The position numbers and the translations under genes are program-made. A model generated the notes under the pieces. The model had not been told where the DNA came from. It made no database searches and was given only the letters and a program-made list of their open reading frames with translations. DNA of 64,000 nucleotides from Epiperipatus broadwayi. Its lineage: Eukaryota > Animalia > Onychophora. The number at the start of each line of letters is the position of its first letter. The stretch's first letter is position 1. The stretch is from contig JAQFVV010000009.1 of the NCBI GenBank assembly GCA_028023455.1, positions 7,564,001-7,628,000 on the forward strand, read 5' to 3'. Positions 10,242-21,763 of the stretch are shown here, in pieces.

Positions 10242-13200
10242 AAATGGAATAGAACAATACTCTCCAGAATTTATTGTGTTTCATTTTTTAAAGGTAATTT
10301 TGAACAAAAGGGTAAATGAAGTCACGCAGGGTAGTGCAGGTTTGATCACCTCAAGTGGTGACTTAAAAGAACTTTCTAGAAAGATTGCTAGCGTATAATA
10401 AATACAGTAAAATTTGAGTTAAAAAAGAAGAAATGTTTTTTTTTAGAGAGGTATTGCTAACTGAATTCATATAACTCAGATTTTTGAGAATATAACCTCT
10501 GAGTAGAGGGAAGAAATTGATGCTTCTGGTCTTTCTTAGATCTTAGATCATCTCCATACCTCTATGCTACCATGTCATCCTCACTTGAGAACTGCCTGGA
10601 TTAAACCCTGAACTAATTTCTGAAAAATGTTAACCATTATTTTACCTGAACTCTGTGTTTCTGACTGTTCTTTCTTTCCATGTTTTAGTTTTCAGGAGTT
10701 GATCCATACAGCTGTCAAATCATTGCATCATGAGAAGGTAATCCTGTCTATGCAGCTAAAACAAACTTTTAAACCTCATTTCATTTAACTAATTTATTTT
10801 AACCATGATGTAACTCTCCACCTATTTAATAATTGATGTATTGCCAATTATAATAATTGTAATTAATCTTATGATGACTCTCTTTCTATAAAACATAAGT
10901 GTAGAAATTTATGAATCTTTGATCTATAACAGTATTTCTTAGGTTTCATGCTTTATGTCTTTATTCTGTTAGTGTGGCAAACTTTTATTTTATTTTAATT
11001 AGACATTATAATTGAATTTGATTTAATATGCTAATGACTCAATCTAGCAAACCTGTATTATTTTATTCTCCATTCTGATATTATGGGATACTTAAATATT
11101 GCACTGTAAGTTTTCTTACCAAATGAAGGTTCACTCGATTGAATATTATTATTAATAGTTGTATGTGTTTAATGGCAGAGTATAAAGTTGTCATTTATGA
11201 TATCAATTTATGCATGCTTGACACTATGGGTTTAACTCTATTTTATATTCTTTAAAGTGAATTTGATGATTTCACTTTTCTGTTTCTGTAATGAAAATTT
11301 GTTTATAAACTTCTCATAAATTATATAATATCAATAATTATGCACTTATAATGCTCGTTAAAGAAGTTATATATATTATTTAATTTATTTAAAGCTTAGT
11401 GCTTTCAAAGCTCTATGGCTTCATAATCATAGCTGTTTCATAATCATTTATTTATTACACCATCAAGCATCATAGTTTGTTTAACTATATAATTATTTTG
11501 GCCTTTGCAAGTAGTTAGGTTTGTTTAATAGAGGAAACAATATTTTTACCCTCCTATTTTTTAAAATGACCTTCTAATTAGTATTCATGGACATATGCAT
11601 AACTTTAAGGATGGGTTAATTTTGACATGTCATTACGCTAGATCTTAGTACTTAACTTGAACTTTAATTAATATGTCAATGCCATTATAGACATGAATCT
11701 TATCTCAGTGTTGCTTATGCCTGATAGCAGTATAAAATTTCATATTACTGCTTTGTCATAATTAATATCCCGAGGTCCCAAATTAATCTTCTCATTACTT
11801 GTTTCATCATGGCATTTGGAAGCACTGACTCCAGGACAATATCATATGGTAGTGAGGCCCTGCATGGAATAACATCAGAAAAAAACAGACCATAGCATCC
11901 CTTACCACTTACTTCTCCAAATATTTCCTTGTTATAAGTGCAGGCAGATTTTTGTATTCGTTAATAGATGATGAAGCTTCTCAGTCCAAAGATGGACTCA
12001 ACATTTCTAATGCTACCTTTGCAGTCAATACCACAAACTTATAATCATTTTATATTTCTCATTGTAATGCTATGATTTTTTTAAACCATCCTACTCTTGT
12101 TAGTATCATTATTTATTAGAAATGTCATAGTAAACCTTATTTAACTCTCCACCCTCTTGGTTAAACAATCTTTTCATACACAAATGGATAACAGATTTAT
12201 TAATCATATCAAGCCAAATTTGTTAATTTATACATGCATATAAATATATTTACTTCAAATGATTGATAGAATGTATGGTTGTAATCACAGAAAGCTTAAA
12301 ATATTTCTCAAGATATTTATGCATCACATTGATACGACAAACCTTAATTAAAGATAACTTTGTATACACAAAGTTGCATTTCATGTACACATGTCTCATT
12401 GATCATTAGTCCCACATCTTGTCTGTCATAGCATAATATGGTAATTTGATATCTTTCAATTAGCATATTAAGCCACACTTTCATGAGTACCCATCATATA
12501 TTAGGTATATATTAATTTTCTATTTGCACACTCTTTAATACCATCATATTCTATATTTTGTAATGCACCATGATAATTTTATAACTTATAAAGTAAACAA
12601 ATCATCACTATCAATTACATGAAACCTCTCTTGTATTAACTTTTGTTGTCACATGTAAATAGGCTTATTATTTGTGTTTATTAAATGTATATATATAACT
12701 ACTTAGGTGTTCAAGTCCTCATTACTTGGATTGATAGTCTTATTAACATTCATAACCCATTTCCATTTCAATAACTTATTATGGGCTTGTCTCTCATGTG
12801 CATCATAGATAATTGTTCTATATTATAACCAATGCTCTTCTTTATATCAGTCTAGCCATTGGCACTTCACTAATTTTGTCTTTAGTAAAATATTATAACC
12901 AGGCAGCTCTTCTCCCAAATGAAGGGTTACTAAGTCATTAATTTAATTTTCTCCCTGAGGATTTCTTGTCTCTCCACAGTGACTCTGGAACTGGAATAAA
13001 TGAAATTCATCTGTAATCATCAGAGATGTTGTTTATGTTGCTTATAATGTTATAGATTTAGAGAATGGGCAAATAGGGTGGAATTCATGATTGCTACTGA
13101 CTTGTGTATCTCAGGCATGATTGGTTTAAGGTATTTTGCTTAGATTCTAACTCTTGTTAAAGGAACATACAAATCTAATTGGTACAATAATTGCAATTTG

Positions 13201-15601
13201 TTATTCTTTCATCTGCTCTTCATTATGTTGTAATGTTGTCTTTTAACTGTTTCAAGGTGTTAGTTTTTACTGGATATAAGCATTCAACATTAATTTAAGT
13301 TTATAATTAAATCATTATTATTTGTTAGAATGTAATAAATTTGACTTTATTTGATAAATATTTTTGGTTACAAATGAAGTAAATTCTAAATAATGACATT
13401 TGACATTAAAAAAAATGGCATTATAATCAAAACCTCTTTCAGCATCATTGCTGGGAAGAGTATTTTCATTATAATAAACAAACAAAAATTTTTTTATTTT
13501 ATATTTGTTTTTAAAATGAAAATAAATAAATATTAAAGTCTTATAAATCAATCAAATAATGCTTTAAAAGTTTAAATTTTTAAAATATTTTGTACAGTAT
13601 TGCAATATATTCACATAGACAGTCGTGGATTGCATTGATTATGTTCTAGCAAACAGCTTGTAAATGCTCTCTGGATTATTTGCATTGCTCAAAAATATTA
13701 CACTCTACTTTTTAAAGTAAAATATTTACATTCAAAATAAATAAATAATAATTTATATTCTTGATTTCTAATTATACAATTATTGCACAAAAATAATCAT
13801 GAATTTTAAGAATACACAAATAATCAATTTTTTTTTTGCTATTTAAAGTATTTTTTCTAAGTAATGTCATAAAAATTAGTGATGTTAGAAACACAATAAA
13901 TGCTTATCAAGGTGTAGGTAGCTTAGGCATCTTTTATGTTGCAGAATTTTTACTTAACATCTTTGGAACTAAATCATGAGAATAAAATGTATATGACATA
14001 AAACATTTTATACATTATTCATTTTAGTTGTCAGCCATGTGGTTTGCCACATGGGTGAGAAATTAAAAAATATATATATTCAAAACTCTTTTGTCAAAGA
14101 ATGTATTGCAATTAATGCAATTAGTTAAATGATTTAAAAAAAAATCTGGCAATTATAGTGTTATGCAAATTAATCAAATTAAATTTTTTTAAAATACTGG
14201 AATGAGCTGTTCCCAACAGAAAGAAGTAAAACTTATATAAAATCAATTTTTCTTATTGCATTTGCTTCAGATTCTCACTTTATTTAAATGATATCAGACC
14301 TTCATCATGCTTAGTGAGCAAAAGGATTAAAAACCATTGTCTGCTAATCAAACTGGTTGTCTGAAAAACTTGACATTCTATTTTGAGTAAATCTAGTTAA
14401 TGTGAAGAAACACCACTTATTTCAAATTCTAAAGCTGAGATAGTTAAAATATATTAATGGCACATTTAATACTTGTCATCAGAAGAAAACAAACTACAGT
14501 TATTTTGCTTTGTAAGTTCTATACTTAAAAGGACTATTTAGACTTTATCTTAACTATTTTAAGTTTATATTTAATACTAATATGCTATTTATCTTATAAC
14601 TTATTTAAATCAGGATGTAAAAGTTTGAGGGGAAAATTTTAATGCAGCTGAAGTAAAAAAAACAAAGAAACAAAAAATTCACTCTGTATTACATATATGT
14701 ATGTTATGTTAACATTTTGTAAAGTACTTTTAATACATGTTGACCTAATGTTATTTTGTAGAAATTGTCAGTTAAAAAAAATAAAGATAATAATGGAAGA
14801 TATAATATTTATTTAACATGTAATACATCCATACATAAATCATCCAAGTGTTAAATAATTAGAATAAATAAGTATTCATCGTTTTAAGTTATTAATTATA
14901 TCCATCAGGTGCATTTGTCCATAGTCAACCCTGCCTTTGATTGCTGAGAATTAGATTTTGTGTAGGTGAGCTTATAGTATATATATGCAGTTTGTTTGTT
15001 CATGGTCAAATGATTTAAATATATCTGTACCTACATGGGAGGATTCATTCCTATTTTGCTTTGATAAATGAAAGATCAGACTCAAACAAGCCATTCTTGT
15101 AGAAGTTGGAATTTTATTAAATCAGGATTCAGACTTAAAAATGGCTATTCCTTATAGTTACTGTTCAAGAAAGATGTAGTGGTCACATTTATCCCATATT
15201 AAGTGTATGCATGTGTTGATACTAAGAAATTTATGAGTCAAATAAATGTCTTGTATTTATAAGTTCATTTGTATGTGAGTTATACTTTAAATTTATTAAA
15301 GTTTAGGGTTTGCTGTATGACAAATGTATTCGATTATATAACTGTATTAATATTATAGGGCAATTGAAGATTAAGACTAAATTTAGCAAAGAAACCATGG
15401 ACATTATGTAAGTAATTATTGTTTTCCTACGTGCATATGGAATAAAATAATATATAAGAGATCGGAGAAAAGACTTTGTTAAAAGGAAAGTAAGTTTTAT
15501 GTTGACTGACAATTATATTTTGTAATCAAACAATTATATTATGATGGGTTAGCCTCTTTAAATGTAACATTTTATGGTCTACATTTATTCATCAGGAGTA
15601 A
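10242..15601 (+). CDS. Candidate multi-exon host gene of unknown product. Exons 10242-10293, 10696-10737, 13619-13659, 14271-14313, 15307-15407, 15459-15489, 15596-15601
   Basis: All exons have AG/GT boundaries and compatible phases. The joined, stop-free reading is NGIEQYSPEFIVFHFLK-ELIHTAVKSLHHEK-TVVDCIDYVLANSL-FSLYLNDIRPSSCL-GLLYDKCIRLYNCINIIGQLKIKTKFSKETMDII-DRRKDFVKRK-E*. AATAAA at about 15645. The exons are short, so chance chaining is possible. No recognised domain. Confidence 0.4.
10800..13290 (-). mobile_element. Heavily decayed non-LTR retrotransposon (clade unassigned); boundaries approximate
   Basis: Minus strand at about 12970-13030 reads NISDDYR*ISFIPVP (YRPISLL-like), followed by a SFGRR (QFGFR-like) and an LDIK-like segment. 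Purine-skewed on the minus strand. Confidence 0.5.
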
Positions 15602-15897
15602 ATAATGCAAATAAGAGCAGTTTAGTGTTCATCATTATCCTATTTAATAAAAGATTGTTAAAAGTATGTATGCTAGTCTATTTCTTGATGTTTAAAATCA
15701 AGTGGTACCCATATAAATTCTATATATAAATAAATTTAATATATAAATAAATAAAATAAATCATTAAAACATGCTTATTCTGTCCATTACATAGTAATCC
15801 TTAATCGTAAATTTTTGGAAAAATAAAATTTACAAAAACTCTCACTAGATGGTGAAGAATTTCAGAAACAAATTATTTTGTATGAAATCTTATGAAG

Positions 15898-16020
15898 TAA
15901 ACAGAGCAAAACTCTCCATACAGTATTGCCACCGGTGCTAAACAGAGTAATCAATGGATGCCATTGATTACTCTGTGTAGCACAGGTGGCAATACTGTAT
16001 GGAGAGTTTTGCTCTGTTTA
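15898..16020. repeat. Near-perfect 123-bp palindrome (60-bp arms, 3-nt loop), MITE-like
   Basis: 15898-15957 versus 15961-16020 match at 58/60 as reverse complements. Confidence 0.95.
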
Positions 16021-17407
16021 TCAACAATTAATGTGCTAGTATAGGAAATGTGATCATGTGATCTTATGAAGTGTTATGCAGCAATTCTTTTTTCAGGAAT
16101 TTCAACACCTTGAATCATTATAACTCTCCATTATATTTCATATTCTTCCAACCAAAAGCAATCACCATTGCACCTGTTAAAGAGATATTTTTGAGATAAT
16201 CTTTATAATATTAGAGCAGTCTGTTTTTTACTATGAAAACTATCTGCATGTTCTACTACAAAGTATTATTTTAAGGTTATAACTGTTTATTAACTCATAA
16301 GGTGGAACCCAACGAAGATTTGCCATTGTAATAGAAATTCAACAGCACCTCACATAAAAAATTTAAATACATTTGAATTAATCATGTGGGTTTAAATGAA
16401 TTTTTTTCAGCAACTTTGTGTTGCAATGATAATAGATCCTTATAACATTTTCCATACAACAGATTGGGAGAAATAACATACCTATATTCAATTAATGTAA
16501 TTATGTCAGTTATTACTATAATAAAATAATCTATTTTTTAACAAGCTAAATACAGCAGCATATTGGAGTTTGTATTTTATCTCAATAACATGTCCTAAAA
16601 ATGCTTTTAAGATTTTTAAATTGATAAAAGTTTTGAACGTTATAACTATCAAAGCTAAAAGTTACTAAATATTTTTATTCTATTATTAGCTAATAAAACA
16701 TTTAGTTTTTTAAACTATAATTAATAAACTAAAGTCTTTATAGGTGTCATTGTATACAATATCTTCTGAACTGAATTAATATAATAGTTAGTATAATATG
16801 AATCTAAAAAATGTTTTCATTTTTAATTAATCAAACGTATATTGAATCGTGATGCTTTTTTTGTAGAACCACTTATAGACTTTTCCAACCAGTATCATAA
16901 AAATTTAAAACTATATTGGGTAGATCCCTTTAAATTATTTAGGATACAGACAATGTACATTATAATACATTTGTAAACTTATATAATATAGCGTTAGTCT
17001 TTGTTTAAAGAGCTGAAGTTTATTTTTTCGAATAAAGAAATCACGTGTTTTTATCTCAAATTCATTGAGTGTTTTTTTTTTTACCAAAAATAATGTGACA
17101 TCTTACTTACATATAGCGCACAAAAAGTTTTTATTTGAGCATATATGTTAGTTAATCTGAATCAATTACTAATCTTTTATTGTACAGCTCTTCATTTTAT
17201 ATTTTATGTATATATTTTTTGTTGAGTTATATATAAAGTAACCATATGTTTACATTGCATAACAGAAGTTTATTTATTTTCCGTGTGAAATAATCTATTT
17301 ATAACATCTGATAGCAATTATCTGGAGATTTTCTTTAATTTTTAAAAAATTAAAAAGCCATTTACAAAAAAATGGTTTTTATTGTGGAATCAAAGTTTGA
17401 TGTCATT

Positions 17408-17427
17408 TGTGTGTGTGTGTGTGTGTG
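17408..17427. repeat. (TG)10 microsatellite
   Basis: Direct reading. Confidence 0.95.
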
Positions 17428-18178
17428 ATTTTACAAAATTAAAATGTATTTATTTTCAGTATACGTAAAGACCAGACCATCGATTTTTTTTTTTTTTTTG
17501 AAGATCTGTGATAAATATTGAAGTGGTTTCCTTTTATCTGAAAACCATCATTAAAAAAAGATAGTTTAATGATTATTTTTATATTAAATTAAACAAATAA
17601 TGCATGTTTAAATGAATATGTATATTATACATATAAATACGCAATAACTAAAGAAAACCTAATGTACACTTTTGTCCTTATGGATTAAACCTCACTAATT
17701 TTCTTTTTACATATGCTGGATATACATATGAGCATAAAACGAAGATTTTCTTGGGTGAAAGATGTGAATAATGTTTTTCAGATTTGTGTTAAACGATTGC
17801 TTGCTGTTACTACAATTGTAGAGATTTTTGCCGTAGCTTAATAAATTATTAGCACCAATTGTTTAGGTATTTACTGGGGAGAAAGGTCTCATAATTGTAA
17901 GCGCAGAAGTTTGCTATCTTTAGATTAAATTATAATTATATTAATAATAATAAACTCCGAAGAATGAAATAGTATATAGTATTCATATATCTATTAAAAG
18001 ATAAAACATAAAAGGAATATTGCTAATAATCTAGAGAATAATGTCTTCTCCTTCACTAGAGGAGGTGTTGGAAAAACATTTGCCTTGAATTGGATTATTT
18101 AAAGGTTGTTTTACCATATATATAATAACTTTTTATTTTGTAGAAAGAGTAATTAAAAATAGTATTTAGTTATGTCAA

Positions 18179-18249
18179 GCGTTGGTGGCCTTGTGGTTAA
18201 CATAACTGTTTTCCAAGCAGCTGCCCGGGTTCGCTTCCCGGTCAACGCT
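18179..18249 (+). tRNA. TRG-TCC: tRNA-Gly(TCC), probably a pseudogene or degenerate copy
   Basis: GCGTTGG/TCAACGC acceptor stem, TTTCCAA anticodon loop and CCGGG-TTCGCTT-CCCGG T arm, closely matching animal tRNA-Gly-TCC. The D stem is unpaired, there is an A-C mismatch at the top of the anticodon stem and T-loop A58 is replaced by C. Confidence 0.8.
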
Positions 18250-18625
18250 TTGACATATGAAAAAAAAAAAAAGTATTTAATTAGTAATAGTTTTGTTAAG
18301 TTTGGCAAATGTATATAAAAGAGATTTTAATCTTTGGTAAGATTCATGAGACTTCAACTTAATTTGTAATAGCTGTTCAAAATGACAGACTTTGACTAAA
18401 ATTATAAAGATGAATTTCGGAAAACACACACACAAACAAGAACAAAACACTACAGATAGTAATAAAAAGAAACACGACTTTGATATACTGTAGAATTTAT
18501 GATGCAATGATGGATCTTCCTGTTATGCCTATACCCTTAGTTGAATCTGTGCTGAGTAAACTATCTTCTTGGATTTTTTCCCCAGGTAGTTTCCTTATGG
18601 CCAACATTGCTAAACATCTCAATAC

Positions 18626-21600
18626 CATTATTTTCAATCATTACTGATCCACTGCAGAATAAAGGTACTTCCAAGTTTAATCCAATTTCTCTGATTTCTA
18701 GATTCTTTTCTCCACATCATAGAGCAAACTTTTTATTTCCACCATCCATGTCATGTATGGTCACTTTCTAGATCTTTTACAATCTTTTGGGATCCAATTT
18801 AAAACTTCAACTGCATATCTATTATTATTTCTTTTGATAATATGTTCAACCCATCTCACTTCAGTCTCTTAACTCTTTCAATGATCTCAAAGATATTCCT
18901 ATTTATTCTCTTGCCCCTACATTTCATTTTCAATCTCTTCTTGTTTTTTCTAACATAAGATTTGCCTGTACTTTATTAAATGGTCCAAAGTTTTTGCAAT
19001 GTTTTCCTATTAAATATCCAAGTCTCATAATCATAAGTATGAACTGATAAAATATATCTATAAAAACCTTCCTTTTCAAATATGTAGACATATTCCCATT
19101 TAATATTAAGTTATTTCTACCAAAAGTATTCTATCCAAATTTAATTTTGTGATTAGTTTAATTTATTATGTTTCCATATGTAAATCTGACCACAATATAT
19201 GTAGTTGTTATCTTTTTCTAATCATAATAATCAACCTTTATTTTCTTCTTATTATTTGAATCTTTTTAGCATTTATCTTTAATTCTATTTTCATACTTTT
19301 TGCTGATAATTTTTGTGTCTTTTCCTGAAGTTCTGAAGTATTATTTGCAAAAACAACCACATTATCTGCAAAATCTATATTAATTAAACAATCTGCATTT
19401 ACTTTTACTCCCTTAGTTTTTTGTTTCAATCCACAAAATATTTTTTTTTGGTAAAACCACTGTAAAAAAAAAAAAAGGTATATACCTTTCTCAATGTTAA
19501 TCTTTTTAGTATGTTCATCCTTCTCAATGTTAATTTTTGCAATACCATCATGTAATGTAATCACTGCTATAGGATATTGATAAATATTATTGATGATCTA
19601 AAGCTTTAATCACTTCAGAAATGCTCATAGAATCAAATGTCCAAAACATAATGGTGTCTCATATTAATTTGATTTTTCTATGACTTCTCTCAGTATTTGA
19701 TTGTGATCCATTGTCTAAAACCACATTTAAATCCAGATTATTTTTTTGGCTGATTAAAAAACAAAGTTTATTACAGACAAGTTGTAATTATAATGGTAAA
19801 TATTTTTTATAAAACTGATAGAAGATTGATAGGTCATAGTTTCTAATATCCTTTTTTATTACCTTTTTAAAATAACACTATTAGTACTGCATTTTTCCAG
19901 TTATCTGGTACATCTTTTTTTCTAAACATTTGATAAACCTTTTTTTATTTCTTCATCTGATTTTTTTAAAATATCCATAATAATTCCATCATTTCCTGAA
20001 ACTTTTCTTTGTTACATAAATTTAATTGCATGTTTCATTTCTTTAAAATATTTGGCAATTTAGGAGATGTGATAATTGTAGAGAATATTTTTATTTATTT
20101 ATTATTATTTAATTTTTTATAGAACTTTTAATACATTTCATGATGTCATTTCTCTTTTTAGTAATAGTTCCAAATTTTCTTATTATTACAGAAATGGTTT
20201 TTACCAATATCAAGATATTGTTTTATACTTTTATTATCTTCTATATGTTTTCTTTCCAATTCATAGTTGTTTTCTTATATCATTATTAATTCTTTTACAT
20301 ATAATTTTACAAAATACTAGATTTTTTTTTAATAGATTATATTTCATACATTGTTTTGTCTCAGAAATTTTATTAATAAATTGCAGCTTCTTTGCACTAG
20401 TTATCTTTTTTTTGTAGTTTTCAATTGATTATCAGTTATCTTTTTATTGATTTTAGTCATATCTCAATCTTCTCCAAAGTTTGCTACTATTTTGAAATGA
20501 TTTGCAAGTTCTAATTTAAATTCATTGGAATGTTATTGAAGATTAGATTTATTAATTGTTAATACTGTTTTTTCCAATACTTTTTATCTTCCTAATTTTG
20601 CATTAATATGTAATTTACATCTCACTAATAAATGGTCACTTCCTAAGAACATTATTATCTTGAAATACATATTTTCTGTTAGTCAAAATATAATTCACTT
20701 TTTTTGCACCTTCATTTGGATTCCATATCCATTTCAATTTAACCTTTTCCCCCAAAGAAATAATTCATATAGTTTTTCTAGCTTAGCAAATCTCACAAGT
20801 ATATATATTCTCTCATTTCTGCCACCATAATCAACTTTATCTGCAGAATATACCATTTCTAACATTAAAGCCTCTTATGATAATTTTAAAATGTTGTTTG
20901 GTCTGATGAAAAGCATTTTGTACATTCATATAAAAATCCTTTATGTCTTCATCACAGTGAAAACTTATTGTGGCATAAACTTGAATTATTTAAATTTGGT
21001 TTCTTCTATTAATTTGAATAACACATCTTGTCACTCTCATTAATCTTCACAATGTTCTTCTTCAACTCTTTATTTATAATAAATCCCATTCTATTTGTGC
21101 TTCTAATAGTTATGCCTTTGTAGTAAAGTGCATGCCCACTTTTAAAATCAATTATCTCTTCACTGTTTGTTCTAACTTCACAAAGTTTAACAATATCCCA
21201 TTTGATATAAAAAGAGTTCTTCTACATTATGCAATTTTTTTTTCATTTGAAAATGATATGCAGTTATAAATACCTAAATAAAAAATCATCATCAAATGGC
21301 AGCCTTGGTTTACAATCAGGAAATTCTTAGCATTGTTCATCTTCATCCACTAAACACTGTCCTGGCTAGTGATTTTACAGTATTCTGGAAATAAAGACCT
21401 GATTTACTTTTAGTTCTCATGATTATTAATATTTAGTTAAAAGAAAGATCACTCATATACATGTTTATTCTGTCTTTTCAACTGATATTTCATTTAAGAA
21501 CTATTAGGAAACTGAAAAGAAAGACCATGGTATTATCTTAAACTCAGAAATAAAATATCAATATTCTCATGATGGTATCTGATACTATTGATGAGCAGTC

Positions 21601-21763
21601 CATACATATTCATTTACTATATAAATAATTTTATAATAATAACAATTCCAAAAATGAAAGTATGCAATGAATGTTAGGTGTTTGCCCTGCTCAGTTCTTT
21701 TAAGGCTTCAAAGAGGAGTCAAAAGATCTCCTGACAGTTAAGAGTAAATTTCTTTCTGCAGCC
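18626..21763 (-). mobile_element. Full-length but heavily decayed RTE LINE (copy A)
   Basis: Colinear with the 49606-52823 copy from the 5' GGCTGCA to the CTGCAGTGGAT...GAT tail. RT residues INIDFADNVVVFANN (ORF 19238-19564). Confidence 0.88.

Larger units (their letters stand above)
16600..18500. promoter_or_regulatory. CpG-retaining island, candidate promoter region
   Basis: About 20 CpG counted by eye versus about 2 in the following 6 kb. Contains a (TG)n repeat and a tRNA gene. Confidence 0.45.

Noticed and set aside
7122-14965. Stop-codon reassignment (TAA/TAG as Gln) or selenocysteine to explain in-frame stops in exon-like segments
   Set aside because: Long TE ORFs use CAA/CAG with no in-frame TAA/TAG, and no SECIS was seen. 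Every stop codon is one C-to-T change from a sense codon, so that pattern is not evidence.
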